A stretch of DNA of 64,000 nt from a virus: positions 239,971-303,970 of the IMG/VR virus record IMGVR_UViG_3300045996_002337; one strand, given 5' to 3'. The notes beneath the pieces are model-generated. The model did no database searches and was not told where the DNA came from. It saw only the letters and a program-made list of their open reading frames with translations. Position 1 is the stretch's first letter. Every line of letters starts with the position of its first letter. Made by a program: the position numbers and the translations under genes. Shown here piece after piece: positions 54,659 to 62,331 of this stretch.

Positions 54659-54982
54659 TTAGAAGCTTGTCTTGTACGTTTCGGTGACGTCGTCCGTGAC
54701 AAGCACAATCTTCGAGTCGTCGGTTTTCCACATCTTCTCACCGTCAACTTCGGTGCCAAAGGACCACATGAGGGCCTCGATCAGAATGTATTCACCGACG
54801 GCGACTTGGGCGTCAGGTCCGACTGCGACGACCTTACCCCAACGTGGGAGCTTCTGGCTTGAATCAAGGGTGGGCAAGATGATGCCACCTTCGGTCTTGC
54901 GGTCAGTAAACTTTCCCTTGGACCCTGCGGTCTCATCGAGAAATTTGAACATGACGTTGTTCTTGAGGGGAAGGATGTTCAT
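54659..54982 (-). CDS. co-chaperonin GroES / T4 gp31-like
   Basis: MNILPLKNNVMFK...EGGIILP...GKVVAVGP...GEYILIE...KIVLV follows the GroES pattern. Confidence 0.6.
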   Translation of the reverse strand: MNILPLKNNVMFKFLDETAGSKGKFTDRKTEGGIILPTLDSSQKLPRWGKVVAVGPDAQVAVGEYILIEALMWSFGTEVDGEKMWKTDDSKIVLVTDDVTETYKTSF

Positions 54983-55005
54983 ATGAGTATGGTTATGTTA
55001 ACGGA

Positions 55006-55236
55006 TTATTTCCGCTTGAGTTGCTTGGCTTGACCAGACGTGTTCGCAGCCTCGACTGAGACCGCAAGAAAATCAACATCTGCGACGACGTCAGATTTAA
55101 CGCCGTCTTTTACGTCGATTGCATGCTTCCGCTGCTCGACTGCCTTTGGAATTGGTGCTGAGGCAAGTTGCTGCTTGATTGCAAGCAGTTCAAAATCGAT
55201 CAGTTCACCGCGTGCGCTGCGAATGAGTTGTCCCAT
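55006..55236 (-). CDS. hypothetical protein
   Basis: 76 aa ORF. Confidence 0.4.
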   Translation of the reverse strand: MGQLIRSARGELIDFELLAIKQQLASAPIPKAVEQRKHAIDVKDGVKSDVVADVDFLAVSVEAANTSGQAKQLKRK

Positions 55237-55309
55237 TGTATCGTTCTCCGGAGATTTTTAGGCGTGCGTCTATATATTGCACTTCTATATTTATAGGCAC
55301 CCGCGCAGC

Positions 55310-55951
55310 TTATTCGTGGAAAAATTCTTCAGCAGATACGTTCATCTTAACACAATCGACAACATGCAGCCCGATGATAAACAGGAGGTAACATGCACAG
55401 GATGAACCTCGACCAACACCCCAGACGACATCATTTGCCCTGAGCTGATCCAGAATGTAAATGATGGTTCTCATGAACTCCACCATCCCGCGTTGGTTGA
55501 CCTGATCCAGCTCAAAGGCGATGCGATCGATTGCTTCTTCAACCTGCTCGGGCGTGTAATCCGTGGGGCAGCGTTCCTCGAACTGTGAAGCGATGTATTC
55601 TTCAAGATCGAGAGTTTGATACTTTTCGGGCAGTTCCCACCCCATGTCGAGCGCAATTGGTTCCTGCCCGCCGACTTGAATTTGATCCTCGGCCGGCACC
55701 TGCGCATTGAAGGTTACGACATCGGGAGTTTCTTGAAGGACTCGAAGCTTTGAGGGAGGGACGCCCAAAAGCAGAAACCGGCCCAACTGGTCCGGTTCCA
55801 CTTCAGAAACTCCGTCGAAACGGAGTTTTCGGTTCGTCAGTTCAGATTGAAGTGAACGCATGATTCTCGGGTTGAGCTGCCAGGGTGGCAGCTTCTTCTT
55901 TCGAAACGCCAAGCACACTCCGTTCACTGACCTGCAGTTGGTGACGTGCAA
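55310..55951 (-). CDS. DnaE-like polymerase fragment: region ending at the hG[GS] motif, immediately N-terminal to the DxD motif
   Basis: RIAFELDQVNQRGMVEFMRTIIYILDQLRANDVVWGVGRGSSCACYLLFIIGLHVVDCVKMNVSAEEFFHE parallels DnaE [21 protein letters not shown]...[26 protein letters not shown]...ERFLNPER. True start probably internal. Confidence 0.5.
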   Translation of the reverse strand: MHVTNCRSVNGVCLAFRKKKLPPWQLNPRIMRSLQSELTNRKLRFDGVSEVEPDQLGRFLLLGVPPSKLRVLQETPDVVTFNAQVPAEDQIQVGGQEPIALDMGWELPEKYQTLDLEEYIASQFEERCPTDYTPEQVEEAIDRIAFELDQVNQRGMVEFMRTIIYILDQLRANDVVWGVGRGSSCACYLLFIIGLHVVDCVKMNVSAEEFFHE

Positions 55952-56165
55952 ACTTCATCAGCACGGTCATCACGGCATCCGTGAACGGAAACTCAGCGAA
56001 GAACATCGTGTTCTTGTCCCACATGCCCGTTTCGATGTACTTTTTCAACGAGGCCAGGTGGGCCTCGTTCGTCGGGTCGAAGAAGGAGCGGGCCGAGCCA
56101 TGGCGGCGAAGAATCGAAGAACGCGACATGAAATCAGTAGAACCAACATCGACGAATTCAGGCAT
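55842..56165 (-). CDS. hypothetical protein (overlaps the previous gene by about 110 nt; start uncertain)
   Basis: 107 aa ORF. Confidence 0.3.
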   Translation of the reverse strand: MPEFVDVGSTDFMSRSSILRRHGSARSFFDPTNEAHLASLKKYIETGMWDKNTMFFAEFPFTDAVMTVLMKFARHQLQVSERSVLGVSKEEAATLAAQPENHAFTSI

Positions 56166-56194
56166 TTGATTTCCAGTGGAGTTGCAATAGAAGA

Positions 56195-56223
56195 ATTATA
56201 CAATGAACCTGTGTTCTTGTACA
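56195..56223 (-). promoter_or_regulatory. promoter of the TGTACA-N17-TATAAT family
   Basis: Plus gaattatacaatgaacctgtgttcttgtaca. Confidence 0.45.
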
Positions 56224-56646
56224 TCACTTCTTGCGAGGATAGCAAGGACCTTGCGGTAGATGGGTGATGTCGCCATAACGTGGCAACCAATTTGTCACGC
56301 CACACTTCACACACTCGTAGTCATACTCGCCGTTGTGGCCCCCGACTGCACGTGAAATGTCCTTCCACTCGTGCTGCTCAACCGCATCAGTCAAGGTTGG
56401 GATGACGTTAGCTTCGACCCACTTTTGGACGCCCGCAGGCGTTCCGTCACTTCGATTGTCGTGCTGTTCCCGCATCAACTTGCCAAGCATCGAGGCACCA
56501 TCACCTTTGATCGTCACGCCTTCCAAAGTCGGGAAACGCTTCGGGCTGGACAGGTCCAAAAACGGGAGGCACCTCGACCTCACCGTGAGAACCGTCCTGG
56601 ACCAGTTGATGACACTTAACCCCACGCTTTTCGAGCCGCTCAACAC
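56224..56646 (-). CDS. hypothetical protein with C-terminal zinc ribbon (CVKCG...)
   Basis: 140 aa ORF. Its 5' 146 nt overlap the tail of the dCMP deaminase ORF in another frame. Confidence 0.4.
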   Translation of the reverse strand: MLSGSKSVGLSVINWSRTVLTVRSRCLPFLDLSSPKRFPTLEGVTIKGDGASMLGKLMREQHDNRSDGTPAGVQKWVEANVIPTLTDAVEQHEWKDISRAVGGHNGEYDYECVKCGVTNWLPRYGDITHLPQGPCYPRKK

Positions 56647-57058
56647 CTTCAGGTAGACGGTAGTGCTTGCGGTACACTACACGGGAAATCTTGGCCTGCA
56701 CGATCAGTTTCGCACATTCTGGGCAGGGAGAATAGGTGGTGTAGAGTGTCGCCCCGCGAGAGCTCACCCCACCATTGGCTGCAAGTTTGAGAATTGCGTT
56801 GGCCTCAGCGTGGAGAACTTCCTGCTTGGTTCGAACATTGCCATCTTCGTCATACATCTCGCATACATCGTCTTCACCTTCTGCACCCGCAGGCATGCCA
56901 TTGTAGCCATCCGAGATGATCTGACCATCCTTCACGATGAGGGCCCCCACCTGGGCACGGGTGGCTTTGGAGCGCTTTGACCAAACCTCAGCCATTTGCA
57001 TGTAGGCCTCATCGAGCTCGATGCGATTTGTGTTAACTTTGAGAATTGGTTTGTTCAT
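56501..57058 (-). CDS. dCMP deaminase
   Basis: HAEANAI and PCPECAK zinc-ligand motifs of the cytidine/dCMP deaminase family. Confidence 0.8.
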   Translation of the reverse strand: MNKPILKVNTNRIELDEAYMQMAEVWSKRSKATRAQVGALIVKDGQIISDGYNGMPAGAEGEDDVCEMYDEDGNVRTKQEVLHAEANAILKLAANGGVSSRGATLYTTYSPCPECAKLIVQAKISRVVYRKHYRLPEGVERLEKRGVKCHQLVQDGSHGEVEVPPVFGPVQPEAFPDFGRRDDQR

Positions 57059-57101
57059 GCTCCTATTTTAACACAGGAACATGAACGCAACATTTTCGTC
57101 T

Positions 57102-58331
57102 TCAGGTCGTTTTTGGCTTCTGATACACACGAACCCAATCAACCTTCAGGGCCTGAGGAAAGACTGAATCATCAATCCCATGGCGACCTGCCCATTGTCC
57201 GCCCAAAGCAAGGTTCAAGATGATGTGGGCGGGCGCGCCAAGTGTACCATCAGAGTACTTCCAAGGTGATTTTCGGACGTAGATTGCTGTGCCATCTACG
57301 TAGACCTTTGCGTTGTCCCAGTCCCACTCTAGACCTACGGTATGCCACCCTTCAGTGAACTTGTAGTCTGCCGGCCAATAGGTCCACTGCTTGTTGAACT
57401 TTGGATGGGCCCAGTAGAATGGAGCTGGATGTTTAGCGGTTCCAACCACGCCCGAATGAAGCATGTGCGGCCGATCCTCTACTCCGTTATTGACGAACTC
57501 GAAGATGTCGATTTCTGGAGGCCAGCTCAACTTGCCTTTATCCGAAACATCTGAGTTGAGCCAGAACGCCGCTGAGCATCCAACGCCAGGTGGCATCCAA
57601 ACTCGGGCTTCGTAGTAGCCCCAGTAGAAGGTTGCATCTGAGCGAATTAACCCAGATTCATAGTTGACGCCATCGGGGTGATCGTTACGAACCTTGTGAG
57701 CTGTTAGCTCGAGGGCCCCATCTTTAACGATGTGGTTATTGTTGTCACGGTAGCGCTGCACCTCGTCGTTGAGGTAATCACCGGTCCCAGCAGAATAAAT
57801 CGTGCGAGTGTGCCACTTGCTTCGATCAAGCTCAGTTCCATTAAACTCATCGTTAAACACGAGTTCGTACCCTGCAGGCACGAATGAACCTTCAGTGCTG
57901 GTGATTGGTTGCGTGAGAGAAATTGCTTCACATTCCATGAGAGAAATGGAATCAACATGGCAGCGGCTGCCATTTGCGATAACTGCGACAACGCCTTTGG
58001 TAAAGATCGGCGCGATGAAGCGAACTTCATAGTCCTTCCACTCAGTGCCCGTCATCTTCACTTCGTAGCTGCGGAATGTTTCATCGGCGGCTGTTTTGAA
58101 TCTCACCATTCCAGTAGCAAAGCCAGTGGTGGCAGTCATTTTTGCGCGAATCTTCAGAACATATGACGCACGTGCCTTGAGCAGGCCATGATTAAAAAGC
58201 TGCTTGGCGAGATAGCCAATGTTGAGCGCCTTACCACCTGGTCGCTCCGTGCTAGAAATTACAGTTGCGGTGCTTAACGTCCAGTTTGCAGCAACGTTTT
58301 CAAAAGTTCCGTCCTTGACCATTTCAACCAT
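57102..58331 (-). CDS. glycoside hydrolase family 16 (beta-glucanase/laminarinase-like) with N-terminal carbohydrate-binding-like domain
   Basis: GH16 catalytic motif EIDIFEF. Confidence 0.65.
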   Translation of the reverse strand: MVEMVKDGTFENVAANWTLSTATVISSTERPGGKALNIGYLAKQLFNHGLLKARASYVLKIRAKMTATTGFATGMVRFKTAADETFRSYEVKMTGTEWKDYEVRFIAPIFTKGVVAVIANGSRCHVDSISLMECEAISLTQPITSTEGSFVPAGYELVFNDEFNGTELDRSKWHTRTIYSAGTGDYLNDEVQRYRDNNNHIVKDGALELTAHKVRNDHPDGVNYESGLIRSDATFYWGYYEARVWMPPGVGCSAAFWLNSDVSDKGKLSWPPEIDIFEFVNNGVEDRPHMLHSGVVGTAKHPAPFYWAHPKFNKQWTYWPADYKFTEGWHTVGLEWDWDNAKVYVDGTAIYVRKSPWKYSDGTLGAPAHIILNLALGGQWAGRHGIDDSVFPQALKVDWVRVYQKPKTT

Positions 58332-58424
58332 TTCGTCTCCTTGAGGGGCTTCACAGCCAATATTTAAGAGACGATGACTGGGTGTCTGGTTTTTGATTAC
58401 ACTTTGGTCACTTTCTGTACTTGG

Positions 58425-59036
58425 TTAAAAACTGTAGTTGGCGGCCGCGATACGGCATTTTACCTGCCACGTCTTGTTGCTGTCCGGCTTCAAGCAGGCT
58501 TTCAGAGTGGCGTTCGGGTCCTTGAGCACGAGACCTTCATCTTCAGCGCTAAGAGTGTCGAAGAGAGCCGTGAAACCACCGGTGAAGCACTTTGCCAGCG
58601 TGATGCGATCGGCGATGCGGTACTGATCGGACTCTGCTTCACCGCCGAATTTTTGGCGCATTGCAAGAACGCGCGATGCGAAGGTAGTTCCAACGAGGGA
58701 AACGCCATCACGAACGAGCTGATCGAAGATGAAGAGCTCATTCTTCGGCCCGCCGGTGACCTTGCTGTGGAGCAGCTCAGCCGTGTAGACGTTCCAGCCT
58801 TCGGAGCCAGAGAAGAACTTGATGTGGTCAGCTTGTGGGGTCCACAGCTTGTGATCGTCGTTGTGGCGGGTCTTGAAGATGACTTGGTCACCCTTCGCGA
58901 AGATCACCGTGCACGTGCCGTTCTTCTTTTTCTGCGCAACGAAGCCACGCTTCTGGTAAAAGCCAAGCATCGGTTTAGCGATTTTTTGTTCCGGACGAGG
59001 TGGCCACCAATACTGGTACTCGTTGTAATCCATCAC
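58425..59036 (-). CDS. ligase-like nucleotidyltransferase-fold protein (atypical motif I KKNG)
   Basis: Motif-IV-like DEGLVLKD and motif-V-like TWQVKC. 203 aa. Confidence 0.4.
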   Translation of the reverse strand: MMDYNEYQYWWPPRPEQKIAKPMLGFYQKRGFVAQKKKNGTCTVIFAKGDQVIFKTRHNDDHKLWTPQADHIKFFSGSEGWNVYTAELLHSKVTGGPKNELFIFDQLVRDGVSLVGTTFASRVLAMRQKFGGEAESDQYRIADRITLAKCFTGGFTALFDTLSAEDEGLVLKDPNATLKACLKPDSNKTWQVKCRIAAANYSF

Positions 59037-59218
59037 AGACCCTTCTTGAAGATTTCCGTGGCGAGTTCCATGACGAAATCATCCACGAGTTTCCGCTGCT
59101 CCATCATCTTCTCGATGCGTTCGGAAAGATTGGAAGTGGATGCGCTCTCTACTCGCTTGATTGCGAGGTCAAGAGCAGTCCACATTTCAAGAAGTTGGTT
59201 GGCTTGTTCGGTGTGCAT
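59033..59218 (-). CDS. hypothetical protein
   Basis: 61 aa ORF directly downstream of promoter 59224-59253. Confidence 0.4.
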   Translation of the reverse strand: MHTEQANQLLEMWTALDLAIKRVESASTSNLSERIEKMMEQRKLVDDFVMELATEIFKKGL

Positions 59219-59223
59219 GATGC

Positions 59224-59253
59224 ATTATACTCCAACCTGCGGAGCGTGTACAC
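59224..59253 (-). promoter_or_regulatory. promoter of the TGTACA-N18-TATAAT family
   Basis: Plus attatactccaacctgcggagcgtgtaca. Confidence 0.45.
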
Positions 59254-59256
59254 TGA

Positions 59257-59439
59257 TTATTTCTGTTTGCGCCGTTCCCACATCAGTACGTTGTGTAGGA
59301 TATCTGACGCGCGCTGCCAGGGTTTTCGATGATCTTGGCGCGTGAGTGTGCACTCAATCCATTCAAGAATTTCTTCATGCGTTAGCTGCTCGACAGTCTT
59401 CTCTTCCCAAGGTTTGAGCTTATCGATTTCGTTGGTCAT
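59257..59439 (-). CDS. hypothetical protein
   Basis: 60 aa ORF. Confidence 0.4.
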   Translation of the reverse strand: MTNEIDKLKPWEEKTVEQLTHEEILEWIECTLTRQDHRKPWQRASDILHNVLMWERRKQK

Positions 59440-59897
59440 TTCTGTTCGTCCATGTACTTCCAGGAGGCCACCAAGGAATCACCAAGTCGGTTCATGAAGA
59501 CCTTGTCAAAGGACCAGAACACGTGGTTGTCAATGTCCCACCAGAGGTCCGTCACATGATACTTTGAAGGTCGACGACCCGCTTCAAAGTGTGAAGATTC
59601 CTTCAGTCGCAATTTGTTGGCACGCATGGCCACAAGGTGCTGGAAGTACTCCTCAAACTCTGCCTCATCAAAGGTATGAAGAACACGGAGCGATTTCTCA
59701 CCTTCGAGGATGCGGTTGTCAACCGTCAGTTTGATCTTGTCGACGTTTGCCTGCAGCTGACGAAGCGACTGAGGGAGAGCACCGAATTCAAATTCGGCGC
59801 TGCCCATGTAATCGAGGTTTGCGACTTGAGAGAATCGACCTTCCGTCAGAGGACGGCGAATCTCGCAACGTTGAATGAGGTAGGGGGTCTTGATCAT
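59436..59897 (-). CDS. hypothetical protein
   Basis: 153 aa ORF. Confidence 0.5.
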   Translation of the reverse strand: MIKTPYLIQRCEIRRPLTEGRFSQVANLDYMGSAEFEFGALPQSLRQLQANVDKIKLTVDNRILEGEKSLRVLHTFDEAEFEEYFQHLVAMRANKLRLKESSHFEAGRRPSKYHVTDLWWDIDNHVFWSFDKVFMNRLGDSLVASWKYMDEQK

Positions 59898-59908
59898 TTT
59901 CTTTCCTT

Positions 59909-60319
59909 TCAGTAGCCGCGAACACGCTTCTGCAGTTCAGCAGAAACCAGGGTGGTGAGCACCGCGTGGGCGTTGAGCAGCACTTCCAGTTGTTCCTTTG
60001 TGAAGCTTGCCACGACTGCTTGCGCTGCTTCGCGCTTGCGCCGCTCTTCTTCGAAATGGGCCAACGCGGAGGTGAGGTTCTCGAGGAAGCTCTCGAATTC
60101 CCATGGCTCGCAGGCTTCGCCGACGGATTGATCCACGTCGTATCGGTGGCCCGTGTAAGCGGGCATCGTGAGCCGTAGGGAGTCCGTGAGAGAAAGTTCG
60201 GCGTACATACCGTGCTTCTTCAGCTGACCAACCAGACGCATGGCCTTCACGGCGCACTCATCGAATGTCAGGGGCGCCTCTTCAACAGTGACTTCAACTT
60301 GAGCTTTTGCTTTTGCCAT
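59909..60319 (-). CDS. hypothetical protein
   Basis: 136 aa ORF. Confidence 0.5.
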   Translation of the reverse strand: MAKAKAQVEVTVEEAPLTFDECAVKAMRLVGQLKKHGMYAELSLTDSLRLTMPAYTGHRYDVDQSVGEACEPWEFESFLENLTSALAHFEEERRKREAAQAVVASFTKEQLEVLLNAHAVLTTLVSAELQKRVRGY

Positions 60320-60333
60320 TTTTCAGTTCTCCT

Positions 60334-60534
60334 TCAGCAATTGTCTTGAAAGTACTCGCGCACGACTTCAACAGCTTCTTCCATCCACGCTTCATCGATT
60401 CCCTTGGTCGCGAGGAAGGCGCGGATTCGGGAGTCGAGCTCTTCATCTTCGAAGCTTTCGTCGTCATTTTCGTCGTAGTTGGCGTCGAGGAAGTCGTCAG
60501 CGTATTCTTGAAATTTGTTGTTCATGCTCTTCAC
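60334..60534 (-). CDS. hypothetical acidic protein
   Basis: 66 aa ORF. Confidence 0.4.
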   Translation of the reverse strand: MKSMNNKFQEYADDFLDANYDENDDESFEDEELDSRIRAFLATKGIDEAWMEEAVEVVREYFQDNC

Positions 60535-60710
60535 CGGCGGATCACGATGGTGAAGGTTTCGCCGTCGAGCGACTTCGGAGGATCAACTTCGAAACCGAGC
60601 ATCGTGAAAACATCGGCTTGTTCGTACGCCTTGTAAGCATCGTCGAACGTCATTTCGGTTTCCTTGTTAACGTGTTGAAGGCAGGAAACGGTAACTGCGT
60701 TGAATTCCAT
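60532..60710 (-). CDS. hypothetical small protein (59 aa)
   Basis: Minus-strand ORF MEFNAVTVSCLQHVNKETEMTFDDAYKAYEQ... directly downstream of promoter 60740-60767. Not in the ORF track. Confidence 0.4.
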
Positions 60711-60739
60711 GATCGTTCCAGTTTGGTTGGTATGATGCT

Positions 60740-60767
60740 ATTATATCCAACCTGCGCTAGATGTACA
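60740..60767 (-). promoter_or_regulatory. promoter of the TGTACA-N16-TATAAT family (near-identical to 45550-45577)
   Basis: Plus ggttggtatgatgctattatatccaacctgcgctagatgtacac. Confidence 0.5.
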
Positions 60768-60981
60768 CTACTTTTTAGCGCGACAGGAACTCACGGTAGG
60801 TGAATGAATCATTTGCCTCCATCATCTTCCTTTTCGAGAGCATCCAGAAAGATCTTCTTGTACGAGTTAACGCTGCCAACAAAGTTGGTGTGTGGCTCAA
60901 CCTTGTCCTTCTTGCCAAGTGGTTGAACCTCGTGGAGATGGGAGATGAACTTCTCCCAGAGTTCCCCAGCCTCTTCTCGCT

Positions 60982-61173
60982 TCACGCAATCACCAGCGAA
61001 GCGCGCTTTTGGCGGATGGCCTTGGCGACAAGTTCCTCAGCGACTTCGCGGGTCACTCCCTGGGCCACGATGGCCGAGTCCTTGCGCCGCATCACCGAGT
61101 ACAGCTTGATGGCGACAGCCTTGGGTGCGGGGCGGCGAGCGAAGAGGGCGAGCTTGATTTGACGAATCTTCAT
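60982..61173 (-). CDS. hypothetical protein
   Basis: 63 aa ORF. Confidence 0.4.
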   Translation of the reverse strand: MKIRQIKLALFARRPAPKAVAIKLYSVMRRKDSAIVAQGVTREVAEELVAKAIRQKRASLVIA

Positions 61174-61197
61174 GATGTTTCCTTTCGTTATGTGAGA

Positions 61198-61908
61198 TTA
61201 GGCGGCGACCTTCTTGGATTTGGCGATTTCTGCCACGCCTTCAGCTTCCAGTTCAGCGACTTCGTCGGTTTCCGGGACAAGGTAGCTTGCGACGTTCGTC
61301 TGGAGAGCTTCCATCGGGTATTCGGCGTTGAGCTTCGGCTTCAGCGCCATCGTGGTGACGATGCGGAGAGCGGTTTGACGTGCTTCACCTTCGAGCTTGA
61401 AGGCTGCGTCCATGAGTTCATCGCTGACAACCATCTTGGAAACTTCTTCTTGCAGAACGATGAAGTCTTCGGGAACGATCTTCTCGAGGGCCTTCGAAAC
61501 CTTTTCCATGAGCTTCTCATCACCTGCGTACTTCGGGTTGATGCCGAACATTTCGGTGGTTACCACTTGCTTGAAAGCGGTAAGGCCGAGACTTTCGAGA
61601 ACTTCGAGCTCGTCGGCGTTCAGCGCGGAATTGGTGCCGCGCTTGCGCATTTCAACAGAGCAGGTTGCCATGCCATCGACACCCTTGAAGGATTCCGGAC
61701 GAACGTTGGTTTCCATCGCGAGGAACTCGGAGAAACCGGCTTCCTTGATCTCGGTTGCGAGAGTGGACTTCACAGCCTCGAGGTTCTTGATCATCGCTTC
61801 GACTTCAGCGAGAGATTGGATACCAGCCAGAGCAATTTCCTGCTTCGTGGCCTTGGCCTTGGCGGTGGGCTTTGCGGAAACCTTGGCAGCTTTTGCGAAA
61901 ATGCTCAT
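61198..61908 (-). CDS. hypothetical protein (Ala/Lys/Glu-rich)
   Basis: 236 aa ORF downstream of promoter 61942-61970. Confidence 0.55.
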   Translation of the reverse strand: MSIFAKAAKVSAKPTAKAKATKQEIALAGIQSLAEVEAMIKNLEAVKSTLATEIKEAGFSEFLAMETNVRPESFKGVDGMATCSVEMRKRGTNSALNADELEVLESLGLTAFKQVVTTEMFGINPKYAGDEKLMEKVSKALEKIVPEDFIVLQEEVSKMVVSDELMDAAFKLEGEARQTALRIVTTMALKPKLNAEYPMEALQTNVASYLVPETDEVAELEAEGVAEIAKSKKVAA

Positions 61909-61941
61909 TTGAATTCCTTCAAGTTTGGTTGGTATAGATGA

Positions 61942-61970
61942 ATTATATTCAACCTGCGGTTTCTGTACAC
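61942..61970 (-). promoter_or_regulatory. promoter of the TGTACA-N17-TATAAT family
   Basis: Plus gaattatattcaacctgcggtttctgtaca. Confidence 0.5.
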
Positions 61971-62000
61971 ATCTAAAGTGTAACAGTTAGACATGCCCTT

Positions 62001-62309
62001 TCATTTGGCGCTCGAGTTGACAAGCTTGTAGCCCCTATCCGCGAGGTGGAGCACCAGCTCTTGATGGAAACCCTCGGCACGGTCGATGTGCGCGAACGTT
62101 TTCAAGTCACTTGCGTACCGCACCTTACCTTTCTTGAGAATGATTAGGCGGACCACGTACGATGGCCAAGTTTCGTGATGTACGTACCTTGAATGAACTG
62201 TGACATCGCGCCCAGTTTTTTCAAGTTTAGAAAATGAATAGTGGGTAGCCATGTGTCTATTGTAGCTCGAGTTCTTCAACCTGTACAACGTTGAAGTGTA
62301 ACACCCCAC
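62001..62309 (-). CDS. hypothetical protein
   Basis: 102 aa ORF. Confidence 0.45.
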   Translation of the reverse strand: MGCYTSTLYRLKNSSYNRHMATHYSFSKLEKTGRDVTVHSRYVHHETWPSYVVRLIILKKGKVRYASDLKTFAHIDRAEGFHQELVLHLADRGYKLVNSSAK

Positions 62310-62331
62310 AAAGGACCCGCAGGTCCTTTGT

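Noticed and set aside
54097-54759. Sliding clamp (gp45-like) call based on position near the clamp loader.
   Set aside because: Sequence resemblance to gp45 is weak, size is too small, and a large membrane protein separates it from the gp44-like gene. Left as hypothetical.
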